Assembly: GCA_045837725.1 (NCBI GenBank)
Contig: JBEWZL010000113.1
Span: forward strand, 1-64,000
Reading direction: 5' to 3'
Source: Vermamoeba vermiformis
Lineage: Eukaryota
DNA length: 64,000 nucleotides
Shown here: one piece after another, positions 25,562 through 40,435 of the stretch
How the letters are laid out: every line of letters starts with the position of its first letter
How positions within the stretch are numbered: position 1 is the first letter of the stretch
The notes under the pieces: model-generated
Seen by the model: the letters and a program-made list of their open reading frames with translations, nothing else
Database searches by the model: none
What the model was told of the DNA's origin: nothing
Made by a program: the position numbers and the translations under genes

Positions 25562-28527
25562 ATGAATCAACTCGTTCTACTCGTGCTGCTGTTTGCCATT
25601 GGGAGCAACCTGGAGATTAATAGTGTCTGTAAGTACTATTGTAAATATGCAATATTGCAATAATATACCGATGGCAACGGTTAATATTTTGCCGAAGACG
25701 TTGACCAAATTATTAATTTAAATTGCTTTACAAACAAAACTCAAACTTGATTTCGCTTATTGCTTCGTGCTCTATAATTACAAACTACAATTAATTTATT
25801 GAATGCTTTGTCAATAATTTTGGTGACACTTTCCATCCAGATTCGCTGCCGACCTATTATTCAGATACTGGACTGACGGCAAACTTGGTACTGGATGTTT
25901 CCCTAGATCGGTTTCAAGTTCGCGTCGTTCCTACAAAGAACGATAGTACTAAATTCGCTGTATGCTTGGCCTACGGAACAACGCTTAATGTCGTATACGT
26001 CTCCAAATATGAGTACTCTACTCTCAACAAAAGCTTTACGTTTGTTTACAACGTTTCTTTGGGCGGAGTTAATACCTTTCAAGGGTGGTCTTTCCCCGAT
26101 CGAGGATCAGAAGATTGTGCCTCGATAGCTCTCATAACTGAGGTGAATATTATGAAAAGTACGCTGCCATTTAGCACGATCTAACATCGATTATTTAGCA
26201 AAATGAGCTTATCATAGGTCCCAATTTTTATTCTCTGAATCCACTGGGAGACGGACCTGAGCTGCTGGTGGGTCCTACGAGAGTAAACTCATCGACCGAA
26301 GAAATGATGATAGTCATGGCCAATAGCGTAAGCATATCACAAGCACAACCCATTGTTACTAATACTCTGTGGTAGTCAATGATTCGAAACCTCGATTATT
26401 CACTTTTGCAAAGTGCGGGAGCAGGTTTGAAGGATAGTTCCCTTAGTGTCTGCAATTATGGTAAGTTGTTGCATTTGTTTAAAGCTATGCTAATTCCTTA
26501 TCCGTTAGGGCCGAGTTCATTTTTTGTCGCGCTCGGAATTACTGCCGGAGGTTTGCCTCAGCAGGCACAAGTTTTCAACCAAAACTTGGGCAAACCTTGG
26601 ATTATAGGGAACACAACTTATCCCGCAAGAACTCCGTCGGTCGCTGGGTGGCCAGCTAGTGGCAAATTCATGATCTGCTATGACAATGGCGGAAACGTAA
26701 CCACGGCAAAGGTAAACAATTTTAAGTTATTTTCTTTAAAATACGAAAATTTTAACTAATATTGTTATCCAGATTTTCTGCCGTGCATCAGCGAGTGACA
26801 AGGAGACTATTATTGATGACCAGGGTGCTAGCTCAGTATTCTCGAGAGTTACCGTTAGCCCGGTGCTCGAGACACACGCAATCGTCAGTGCTTTAGCGAC
26901 GGATACTAGCCCTCATTTTAGGCTTTATGCTGTCGATAGCAACACTGGCACATTAGTCCCTGACTCAACGTGGGTCGGTGATTCAGCTGATGCAGTCACT
27001 CATGACTCGCACTCGGGCGTTATTGCCGTGGGTGTCCTATATCAGACCCAGTTAACTATTCGCATTCTACAGTTCAATGTACGTACGAGAATACTGTTCT
27101 TTTAAGCTAGCGTACTAACAAAAGCGACTTAAAGCCTCCCAGCACACCAGTGAGCTCTACAGGTCCTCCAAGCACATCTGGCGGGCCACCTCCTGCCGAT
27201 TCACCTTTAAGCACACCAAGTGACCCGTCTTCACAAGGAGTCCCACAAAGCGTACAAATCGGCGTCGGAGTTTCAGTGTCGGTGGCAGGCGCCGCTGCGG
27301 GATTGTTGCTGTTACTGCTATTGTTGAAGAAGAGACGTGATAAAAAGAAGAAACAGGGCGACCAAGTGCCAATGACTAATGACGACGAAAGGACTTACGC
27401 TGGCATTCCTACAGGAAAGTATTCAAACTTCAACACGACGAATGAAAGTGTCACTACGGCTACAGAAGAGGACGGTATTGCTGTCCCGACGTCGATTAAA
27501 CCGTCGGAGATTGACCAACGAATGCACATTCCGTACAAGAGTCTCGTGTTCGTCAAAGAGATTGGTGCGGGAAGCTACGGCAAAGTCTATCTCGGGTACG
27601 TCGTTCAATGTCACGTGCCTTACGTGTTCTAACTGTAGAGTGTTTCAGTGAATGGAGAGGAGCGAAGGTTGCAATCAAAGTGAACAACACAGTGACTGAT
27701 GTCGATGGATTCCTCGCTGAAGCTAAACTCACACTGTAAGTAGAGTTAAACGTGGTGCTATTTTGGTTAATCTAATTGTTACCAGTGGCATCCCTCCTCA
27801 TCCGAACCTTGTGCAAACCTTTGGTGTGTCACTTGATGGACCCAATCCTTGCATTGTTCTCGAGTATTGTGGTGGTGGATCGCTTGATAATTTGTTCGGA
27901 TCTGAGAACTTATCGAATGAGAAGAGGCTTGACTACGCACTGAAGATTGGCTACGGCTTGCTTCACCTCCATTCACGCAATATCGTGCATCGTGACTTGG
28001 CAGCACGCAACATCTTGCTGACAAATGATGGTCAACCAAAGATCTCAGACTTTGGTATGTCTCGTATTGTTCAAGAAGAAGCTGCCAAAGGACGAACGAA
28101 AAACATGGTCGGTCCGCTCAGATGGATGTCTCCTGAAAACTTAAAGGACCGAACGTATAGTTTGAAGTCTGACGTTTGGAGCTTTGGCATTACCTGTAAG
28201 CCGTTAATTCCAGATCAGAGTCGGTACCGAAGATCTTACCTTTTGATTCAATAGTGTACGAAATTGTTGCCGGAAAAGAACCGCACGTTGACGAAGATCA
28301 GCTAGAGATAGCGCTGAAGATTAGAAATGAAGGTGCGACGCCCAAGATCCCCGAAGACTGCGATCCAGTTCTTCGCGAGTGCATGGAAATGTGTTGGAAG
28401 TTCAACCCGGAAGAGCGACCTGTAAGTACTTGAATGCAATTATATATTCCTTAAGATTAAGTATTAATATGTTGACTAGACAATGGAAGAGGTTTGTGCG
28501 TTCCTTCGATCTAAATCCTCCGCTTGA
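25562..28527 (+). CDS. Single-pass receptor tyrosine-kinase-like protein 1
   Basis: Signal peptide, beta-rich ectodomain, Pro/Ser stalk, TM (IGVGVSVSVAGAAAGLLLLLLLL) then KKRRDKKKK. Kinase motifs IGAGSYGKVY, VAIK, HRDLAARN, DFGMSR, GPLRWMSPE, SDVWSFG. Confidence 0.88.
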
Positions 28528-28770
28528 TCCATTTTTTTGAGCGCGGGTAACGATAACTTGGTTTGTATATATTATTGCACATGTGCAAAAGGTGCATGGA
28601 GCAAATTAAAATTAAATCGTAGTTGCCTAATTTGGATCCGAGCGACCTTTAATTTTCAGACAACGGTTCTTTTTACAATATTTTTACAATTATTCCAAGA
28701 TTTGAAGGAGCAATAAAGCTTTGCAATTATTTATTATTAAGGCCCAGGCTTAGAGCGGCTACCTTGAATA

Positions 28771-31700
28771 ATGGAGATGCGAGCAATGTACTGGTCTCTT
28801 CAACTCTTTCTGTTCGCGTGCCTTGCCTTGTGGGTTAATAGTATGTATAATTATAGCACAGTACTTTAATATGACAATAATAGGACAGTAATAGGATGAG
28901 ATTAAATAATAGTAGAAAATAACTCAACCGTTTTTTTTTTAAAAATGAATATTTTCGAAGCTTGTTTAATAATTACTCAGAGCTGCTATCATTGTGTAGC
29001 GGAAACTAGGGTTTTTTAGAATTCTAAAATTAACGGATTGCTTTACCAGGCACGAGTGCTCAAGCCCCACCCAATTACTTGCCACAGTTAACAATGATTC
29101 AAGCATCTACCGTTAATGCGTCACCAGATAAAATTCAAGTGCAGGTCGTACCGGTCAACAATGCCAACCGAGATTATGCGATCTGTGTTGGCTGGAGAGT
29201 CGGCACAACTATGACGCTGACGAAGCACATGTATTCTGCTCTCACGAATACTGTCTATAATTCGACTGATCTGTCCACTACGACCGCTATCAAGGACTTC
29301 TACATTATGAGCCCGGGTACATTGCAGTGCCAGGTTCTCTACCTCACCACGGTAAGAAACGAGGCGTTGCCACGAATGAATGCTAACTCTTATTACAGAC
29401 GAATTCACTGATATCTTGCTCAAATGCTGGTACCACCAGATGCAGCGCTGACTTGCCCTTGGAAAATAACCCAATCTATATCGGACAAGTTAACCAAGCA
29501 GCAGGAGTATCGGATGGTATTTTCTTTTATACGAATGGGGTAAGTATTCAATTTGAACACACAAAGACGATCAAATCTGATTATTTGATTGGCAGACTGA
29601 CGCATTTGGAGATGGTTATCAAGGAAAACTAGCCCCACCCGCTCTATATAGTTCCTTATCGGCGACTTTGTGGGGTAAGTTAGTTTTAGTTCAATCTTGT
29701 GGTTCTAATAGGCTCTTAGGGACATCTAACTACATCACCGCTCTTGAAAAGACTAACGGTGGGTACGTACCACCGGGAATTTACGAAAAGGCGGTGGGCA
29801 CGTGGACTCAACAGTCCGTCGCGCAAGTTGCTAGAGCGCCTTCAGTTGCCGGGTGGTCTGGTTCCTCACCTCAATGGGTCGTCTGTTTTGACACAGGCGC
29901 TAACGACCCCGCTGACTCTTATGTAAGACACACAGTATGTGCTAAATTTGAACTAATAACTTTCGTAATAGATCTATTGCAAAGCAAAAGGTCAACTTGA
30001 GAATACAATTGACGATGGCGCAGGGGCAGGTGCCTTCTTTGAGCAATCAATGGTCAGTGCCGTTCACGACGATTATGGCATCGTGTCAACTGTCGCCTGG
30101 TCGCAGTCCACGCCAAAGATGAGAATGTACGTTATCAATCGTGCAGATGGATCTTTAGTCCCAGGGACTGTGTGGTTGGATAACAGAGTTGCAAATCGAG
30201 TGGCGCACCATTCTGCCAATGGTCTTGTCGCAATAGTGCAGTTTAGTTCTTCGGCGAGTGACCTGCGCCTTTATGCACATGATTTTAAGGTAAGCAATTT
30301 CACGGGCGAGACACGTAGACTAACTAGTTGCTCAGCCTACGTTTTTACCCCAAGGTCCAGTTACAACGGACCCGGTGGCGCCTGTTGCTTCCCCCTCTCT
30401 AACACCTCAAGCAAGCAACTCTCCGTCATTAAGACCATCGGCACCGCTTGCTGCAACAACACCCGGATCTCCTCTATCACCCAAACCAAACCAGACACCA
30501 CTAACTGCTCCCAATAGTGAGTTAGCACCCGATGGTTCTGTTATCGGGACTCCAGGTACGCCTGATTCTGGCTCGGCGGGTTTGACTCAAGGAGCAAAGA
30601 TCGGTGTTGGTGTTGCGGTCAGTGCAGTTGGCGCAGGTGCAGGATTGTTCGTACTTCTCTTCTTGCTCAAGAAAAAGCGTGACAAGAAGAAGCAAATGAG
30701 CGACGAAACACCAATGGCTCCAGTCGATGGCTCAAAAGAACCTGGCTCTGACAACACTTACGGAAACCTGCCTGGAATGGACAATGGCAAGTACTCGAAC
30801 ATCAATCTGACCAGCAACAGCAAGTATGGCAACGTCTCGGTCACTGGTAGTGATGATGGTATTGCAGTACCAACATCGATTCAGCCATCAGAGATCGACA
30901 AGAGAATGCACATTCCTTACAAGAGTCTCGTGTTCGTCAAAGAGATCGGTGCGGGAAGCTACGGCAAAGTCTACCTTGGGTAAGCATCAGACTCATTAGT
31001 TGTGACGAGCGAGATACTTCGTTCGATGTCCCGTGTCTTACGTGTCCTAACGATCGAATATTTCAGTGAATGGAGAGGAGCGAAGGTCGCAATCAAAGTG
31101 AACAACACAGTGACTGATGTCGATGGATTCCTCGCTGAAGCTAAATTGACTCTGTAAGTCCATACGAGCAACGATTCCTATCAATTAATTACTCACCCGC
31201 TTAATTACAGTGGCATTACACCTCATCCGAACCTTGTGCAAACATTTGGTGTGTCACTTGATGGACCCAATCCTTGCATTGTTCTCGAGTATTGTGGTGG
31301 TGGATCACTCGATCAACTGTTCGGTGGCGACAAAGGACTGACCAATGAGAAGAGACTTGAGTACGCACTGAAGATTGGTTATGGTTTATTGCATCTCCAC
31401 TCACGCAATATCGTGCATCGAGACTTGGCAGCACGCAACATCTTGCTGACAAACGATGGTCAACCAAAGATTTCAGACTTTGGTATGTCTCGAATTGTTC
31501 AAGAAGAAGCCGCCAAAGGACGAACGAAAACGAACTTTGGACCAATCAGATGGATGGCACCTGAATGCTTGAAAGACAAATCGTACAGTTTGAAGTCCGA
31601 TGTTTGGAGCTTCGCCATGATTTGTAAGCGATGAGCGTTAATGGTGTCGCTCTAAATCCGAACTAACGTTGTCCCAGTGTACGAACTTGTTGCAGGCAAA

Positions 31701-31953
31701 GAGCCTCATGAAGACGCAGATCAACTTGAGATTGCACTGAAGATTCGAGACAAAGGAGAGACACCAAAGATCCCAGAAGACTGCGATCCAGTTCTTCGAG
31801 AATGCATGGAGATGTGTTGGAAGTTCAGTCCTAATGATCGACCCGTAAGTACCACGTTAATACTATAAATATTAATATGTAATTAATAACATTACCATTT
31901 AGACAATGGAAGATGTTTGCGACTTCCTCAGATCGAAGTCGCCGGATTCTTAA
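28771..31953 (+). CDS. Single-pass receptor tyrosine-kinase-like protein 2
   Basis: Same exon layout. Signal MEMRAMYWSLQLFLFACLALW, TM IGVGVAVSAVGAGAGLFVLLFLL, HRDLAARN, GPIRWMAPE. Confidence 0.88.
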
Positions 31954-32235
31954 GTAAGAAAATTTCTTCTCCTTATCTGGAAATTACTTTGTAAAATAAT
32001 AATTAGAAATTAATTCTATCTTATCACGTGCGTAATCATTGAAAATAGTTGTCGTCCGTTAATCACAATCTCCCGGAAGAGATTTTCTAAATTTGGGTTG
32101 TTCAACGAACTAGTCGTTTCAAAACATTAATTTTATTCAATTTACGTTTCTTTATTTCAATTTGTTAACCCCGCAACAACATTTCTCGACGAAACGTTGT
32201 GGTCAAGAAGTCGCTGTGTGGTTTTCATAGGCTCA

Positions 32236-35210
32236 ATGGATCGACTTCGTTATGTCGTTCTCTTTCTGGTTTGCTTGGCTTTGATAATTTCCGGAGAAAT
32301 ACGTAAGTGTTTAGTGCAGTGAAATCGGCAAAATTAGGAGATTGCCAAGCATGTTTAAATTTATATAAAAATGGATTAATTTACTTTTGTCATAGAGGAC
32401 TCCCCAAGCCCTTACGTACTGCTAAGAACTGCGCCGAAGATTATTTTGGATGCACAATTTACGGTCATGAACAAAATGGTCGTTAAAGTGGTTCCTACTG
32501 GAGCGTTCAAAAACCAAGACTTTATCATTTGTCTAGGATATGAATATCTTACATCTTCTTCTGCAAGTTTAATTGGCCTAAAGAAGTATTTCTATTCCAG
32601 CCTCAACGGATCGATGTCGCTACCGCAGGATATTCCCGTTACAATTAACTCCTTCAGAGATTTCGCTTTTCTCGATAAAGGCGATGATTCGTGTTCCACT
32701 GGCATTCTCGAAGAAGTAAGTAACTAATAAAACTTTCAAGTATTAAAAGTTGCGGGCAGATCAGCTCCAATTGGAAAGTTGGCTCGGCAGACACATTTTC
32801 CAACGTAGCCATGGACAGAAATCCAATACGAGCCGCTATCACGAAGCCAGATTACAGCGGAACGGCAATATTATCATTCTTTTGCAATACTGTAAGTTCG
32901 CATGCTATTTGTTTTATAGAATTTTTTTGACTTACGCGGACAGACTGCTTGTTTCGACAACACCTACAACCCCATATCTCAAGCCTCTGGGAGCTCTATA
33001 TACAGCTCTATCAACGTAGCTAACATAGGTAAATGATTGCGGTACTGAGATTGGACAAAGTCATTAACATGCCATTTCACAGGTCAATCGTCGTACTTGG
33101 CAACGATGTCGTTTAATCCTTCAGCGGGTCTCAAACAAGGTCAGGTTAGTATGTTCAGCAATGGTGTTTGGAGTGTTTCTTCTACGAGTAATACCGCCCG
33201 TGAAATTTCCGTTACTTCCTGGGACGACAATGATTTCATGTTCTGCTACGACAACGGAATCCTTCAGCTAATAGATTCACCGACAGTACGTCCGTTGAAT
33301 ATACACTTGATTTGTATTAACTTTGAGTAAGATTTACTGCCGATCCAAAAATTCTGGAAGCGACATCATTATCGACGAAGGAAGGCCTAACGCTGCTAAC
33401 GCCACGTTCAGCCAAGTTAACGTTAGTCCTGTTAACCCCAACTATGCCTTCGTTTCTGCATTGGCGACCAATGGCGTTGGCTCCCACTACAGACTCTACT
33501 CTGTTACCAAAGGTTCAGATGCCGCTCTTGACCCGCGAACGCTTTTGATAGGCACCTCCGCAGTGCGAGTTGCGTCGCATTCCAAAGGCAATATTATTGC
33601 TGTGGCTGTCTGTTACGCGGCTGCTATTGACCTCACTCTCTATGGGTTTGATGTACGTTACGTCTTAACTATTGTTGACGTTCTAACGCTTCTTTTAGAT
33701 GAGCGTTTTCAACCCACCTGTAGCACCTCCTGTTGCCACTCCAATCACTCCACCGCAGGCAGCACCGGTCACCACCGCCCCACAAGCAACTCCGAACACA
33801 AATTCTCCAGTTGCACCGCCTGGTTCTTCCCCCATAGGCACTCCTACAGCCACAGTAGTCGACCCCCCAGTTGCTGACTCGGGTTTGACTCAAGGAGCAA
33901 AGATCGGTGTTGGTGTTGCGGTCAGTGCAGTTGGTGCAGGTGCAGGACTGTTCGTTCTTCTCTTCTTGCTCAAGAAGAAGCGTGACAAGAAGAAGCAAAA
34001 GAGTGACGAAACACCAATGGATCCAGTCGATGGCTCAAAAGAACCAGGTTCTGACAACACTTATGGAAACTTGCCAGGAATGGACAATGGCAAGTACTCG
34101 AACATCAACCTGACTGGCAACAGCAAATATGGCAACGTCTCAGTCGCTGGTAGTGATGATGGTATTGCAGTACCAACATCGATTCAGCCATCAGAGATCG
34201 ACAAGAGAATGCACATTCCTTACAAGAGTCTCGTGTTTGTCAAAGAGATTGGTGCGGGAAGCTACGGCAAAGTCTATCTCGGGTAAGTCGTTCAACGTCA
34301 CGTGCCTTACGTATTCTAACGATCGAATATTTCAGTGAATGGAGAGGAGCGAAGGTTGCAATCAAAGTGAACAACACAGTGACTGATGTCGATGGATTCC
34401 TCGCTGAAGCTAAATTGACTCTGTAAGTTCATAAGCAACGGTTCCTATCAATTAATAGCTCACCCGCTTAATTACAGTGGTATCACACCTCATCCGAACC
34501 TTGTCCAAACCTTTGGTGTGTCACTTGACGGACCCAATCCTTGCATTGTTCTCGAGTATTGCGGCGGCGGCTCGCTCGATCAGCTATTCAGTGGCGATAA
34601 AGGACTGACCAACGAGAAGAGACTTGAGTACGCACTGAAGATTGGTTACGGCTTGCTTCATCTCCACTCACGTAGTATCGTGCATCGTGACTTGGCAGCA
34701 CGCAACATCTTGTTGACAAACGATGGTCAACCAAAGATTTCAGACTTTGGTATGTCTCGAATTGTTCAAGAAGAAGCCGCTAAAGGACGAACCAAAACGA
34801 ACTTTGGACCAATCAGATGGATGGCACCTGAGTGCTTGAAAGACAAGTCGTACAGTTTGAAGTCCGACGTTTGGAGCTTTGGTATTATTTGTACGTGATT
34901 ATCGTTGTCCCGCTACAAACCCGAACTAACATTGTTCTAGTGTACGAGCTTGTTGCAGGCAAAGAGCCTCATGAAGACGCAGATCAACTTGAGATTGCGT
35001 TGAAGATTCGAGACAAAGGAGAGACACCAAAGATTCCTGAAGACTGCGATCCAGTTCTTCGCGAGTGCATGGAAATGTGTTGGAAGTTCAGCCCTAATGA
35101 TCGTCCCGTAAGTATTATATACAAAAATTATATTACATACTAACTAACACCAACGATAGTCAATGGAAGATGTTTGCGCTTTCCTTCGATCCAAGTCGCC
35201 GGATTCTTAA
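32236..35210 (+). CDS. Single-pass receptor tyrosine-kinase-like protein 3
   Basis: Same exon layout. Signal MDRLRYVVLFLVCLALIISG; TM and kinase almost identical to copy 2. Confidence 0.88.
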
Positions 35211-35411
35211 AACTGGCTATGTTTATACATATTAAATCTTGTACAACTGAAAGGGTATTCCCTATGTAATATTAAATAAATAGAGTAGATCCGATTGAAA
35301 ATCAATTACAAATGCACAAGAGGAATTTTATCTAAAAGATCTAAAAAATTAACAAGAGTAGCTATTTACACACGCGAAATATAAGACAGTAGCGAATAAA
35401 ATAACCTTCGC

Positions 35412-36818
<1,407 letters not shown>

Positions 36819-36947
36819 TGAACAGTTTAACACTTGTTGATGGAAGTTTTATCTATTGTAGCCTTGCTGCTCTGGAAGTAAAATTAAAGTCTTTTGAAGT
36901 TTCAGTTCCCTTTCTTTCAGCTCTGCGCCAACACAAAAGCCACGAAG

Positions 36948-39900
36948 ATGTTGCTTCGTGTACTTTGTAAATCATCCAAGATAATCGCTCGCCCTAGGGG
37001 CTCGAGCTTGACACGCCTGGCAAGAGGCGTTCCATCTCTCGAGAATCCGACTGCATCTCAACGTATTCAAGGCAAGTAATTATCGCGTATTGAAAATTTT
37101 TATTAATATATTACCGTGTTAGTGCCTACCCTTTGGTAAGTTTCTGGGTAATTGGAATGAACTCACTCGCATCGGGATTCTGACGTGACCTGATCCAGAT
37201 CATCTGACTGACTTTAGGGGTCTAAACTCGCCCAAAAATAGTGGTGTTTTCTCGCCCTACAATAGAGGTATTTTTACTACTCGCGCTCCTACATCAGGTT
37301 CGACTTTGCCGAATCAAGAATCAACTTCTTACCAGAGTAAGAGAGGTGCGTCTCTAAGAGAATGAAATTATAATAATACTAAGCGGCGAATTAATTATTG
37401 TTAGTTGCTGAATGGACTCGTGCTGACGTCGCTCAGTGGGCAAGCGATTACAATTTGCTTTGTAACAACGATGGCCGGTCTAAATTACATAATTATGATA
37501 TTACTGGCGAAGTATTAAGCACCTTTAACGAGAGTGCAATCAAGAGCAGCGGTTTAAGCACTGAGGAGGCTAGGCAAATATTTGCAGTAGCTGCTCGATA
37601 CATGCTAGCAACTAACGAGTGCAGCACCGCAATTATCATGAATAATGTGCAAGCGACTTTGGCAAGAATCAAGAACGTTCTTGAAAATGGCAAAAATCTC
37701 AAGTATCAGCAGGAGAACATTTCACCGCTTGCTGTGGATTGCTTACCGTTAGCAAACGATGGTCTTTATTGGGACACGGATTATTTTGAGGATATACGAG
37801 GCACGACGTTTTATGAAGAGTTCAAGGAACAAATTCAAGGGTCTGTTGCTTCCGTGCAGAATGCCAAGTTGCACCACTTGATTCAAAGTAAGTTCACAAC
37901 ACAAATAGTGCTATTTTTGACAGTTTTGAAGTGAGTGGCACTGGAAAAAGTCATGCAATGAAGCAATACATCCGGCAGCATGGTGGTGTATTCATTAGTT
38001 TCATACGTGAAACACATGGACAATTTCTGCGTGAAACTGAAGAAGCCATATCAAAAGTTATTAATGATACTCCCTACCTTCAATCAAGACAAGTAGGAAC
38101 ATTCAAGCAAGAGCAAAAATTCACAGAATTTGCAAAGATGGCAGTGGAGTCAATTCCATTATCATTTGTTGAATATGCAAAGTATTTTTACAAACATGGT
38201 AAGTTGGTGTAAGTTGGATAATGACTGAAATAACACCTTTACAGCCCAAGAGATAGGAATGAATGATGAGGACCAAAAAGAAGCATTTCTTCGTGCATCT
38301 TTGGATGAAGGTCAACCAGCAATCTTTGCATTGCACAAAAGGAATTTGAAACTGTTGCAAGAAAACCCAACTCAATACAACAGTCTGCGCTCTGATATCA
38401 TCACCTATGCTAAACAGCAGAAGATGACCTTTGCCTTTGATGAAATTCACCAAATGTCGGAGACCTTTGTAGGTCAATTTCTACACAGTGCAACCATAGT
38501 TAAAGGTGGAGTGCAAGTGTTTCAATCGACTGACAAAAAAGAGGTTACTGAAACTGAATGGCAAACGTTTCTTGTAAGTGTCTTAGCTCTCACATCTATG
38601 ATCTAATTTATTCTTCAGCATGAGAGATTGCGAAGAGAACGCCAAAAAAAATATCAGCCTGCAATGCCTGGAGATTTTCAACGACCCACATCACTGTTGT
38701 ACATCTTAGTGTTGGTAATGGAGGACTTTGCAAAACAAACAATTCCAGTAAGTCTGTAGACTTGCAGAATCTCAGCACTAACAATTTGTATAGCAAATGA
38801 CTGCATCAACAGTATATTCTTCAACCTTGTATAGCTTTAAAGGCGAGCTATATTCACGTGACAGACTGCCCATTATTCCAATTATAGTGCCGCAGATTGA
38901 TAATACTGTAGCAAGATTTCTCAATATTATCAAGCATGCATTTGGTCAAAAAGCAGAAGAATATCTACAAAAGAACCACCAACAAACTTTGCAAGATCTT
39001 TCATCTCACTCAAAGTTCCTTTTTGATATTTTTAGAGTTGAGCTCACTTGAACTCTCAACAAATACTAATATTAGTAGGAAAATCTATCATCCAAAACTA
39101 AGATTGAAGAATTGCTAGATGCCATGATGATCAGAGGGCAATTTACTGCCAAAAATTTCAGTACAAAATATTTAGAGGCTGCATTACAGCGTGATGAGTT
39201 GAAAAAGGTTTGCATTTAATTGTAACTTTATTGTATTAATTGGTCCTCAGGTGATGGCAAACACTGTTCTTCAAGTGAACCTTGGAGGTCATTTAGCAGA
39301 GCTTAGCCCTATAGAGGTAGAAGGGCTTGTCAGTTCTGGTGTTCTTCGGTTGCCAGAAGGATACAAATCAGGTTCAAGGTTTGGTGTAATTGCATCACAT
39401 TACGATGTTTATATGCACCAAGCTATGCATCAATATCCTTTACAAGAACTCATTCAAGTAAGAAGCAAAGGTACTGTATTTGTTCTTGACTAACAAAAGT
39501 TGCAGCTTGTACCTGCTCTTATTTGTGAAAATGCTCCAAACGACACTGGGCAGCTTGGCAAATATGCATGCTCCCTCCTGTTGAAACAGCATGCTCAAAC
39601 ATTTGCACCAGCTTCACTTTTATCGCTAGTGACAGAATTGAACTTAGCAAGTACTGCCAAAGATTTTGTTTTGTCACCAGCACTACATTGCAAGAGATGG
39701 CAAGATATCCCTGGAACTTGGACCATGTTTGAAGACTACCATGGGTACAAAGATGTTCTACTTCGACCTAGCCCAGCTGCAGGACCAGATGCAATATGTG
39801 TGCTCCTTAAATTTGGCACACAAGAGCCTGGTGGCTTTTTGCTACTTCAATCCAAGAACCATGCCCAATCACTGAACGAGAATGACTTACCTGCTGCTCT

Positions 39901-40338
39901 GAAGTCTGTCGATCCTAATCAAATGTTTAGAGGTGCAAAAAACCAACGACCACAGTTTGTTGCAGCTGTTAAAAAATTGCCTGCTACATTTGCATGGTTG
40001 CGAGTAAGTTAAATGAGAACTTAGCTCATGAACTTTCAATGCTAATCATAATGTAGGTTATTTATGCCAAAGCTTTTACAAAACAGGCATGGGAGGATAT
40101 TTGCAACTACAATACCACAGAACATGGCAAGAAGTTTCCAATCATCCTTCTGACTGCCCACAACCTTCCTACACTTCTTCAAACAACGGACATATTTGCA
40201 CCTATAAATTCACGAGGTACCCCAGACAGGCAAACAGCAGAAGGCCTTGACTCACCTGCTGGTATTCCGCCCAAAAGCCTTACAAAAAGAGAAATTGCTT
40301 CACTAACCCGAACCTATGGGCTAAAGCTTAAATTCTAA
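36948..40338 (+). CDS. Crinkler/RHS-type effector-like protein: basic presequence, SAM-like domain, P-loop NTPase, PD-(D/E)xK nuclease
   Basis: SAM-like EWTRADVAQWA...DITGEVLSTF...IKSSGLS. Walker A-like VSGTGKS, Walker B MTFAFDEIHQ. REase-like RPSPAAGPDAICVL...FLLLQSKNH. About ten exons joined in frame. Confidence 0.7.
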
Positions 40339-40435
40339 TCCAAACATTTATTTTACAGTTGTTTTGAACTCAATATGAAACAGTAATAAATAATCGACGT
40401 TTTACAGCACGTATTACTGCACTGCTTGACCTTAT

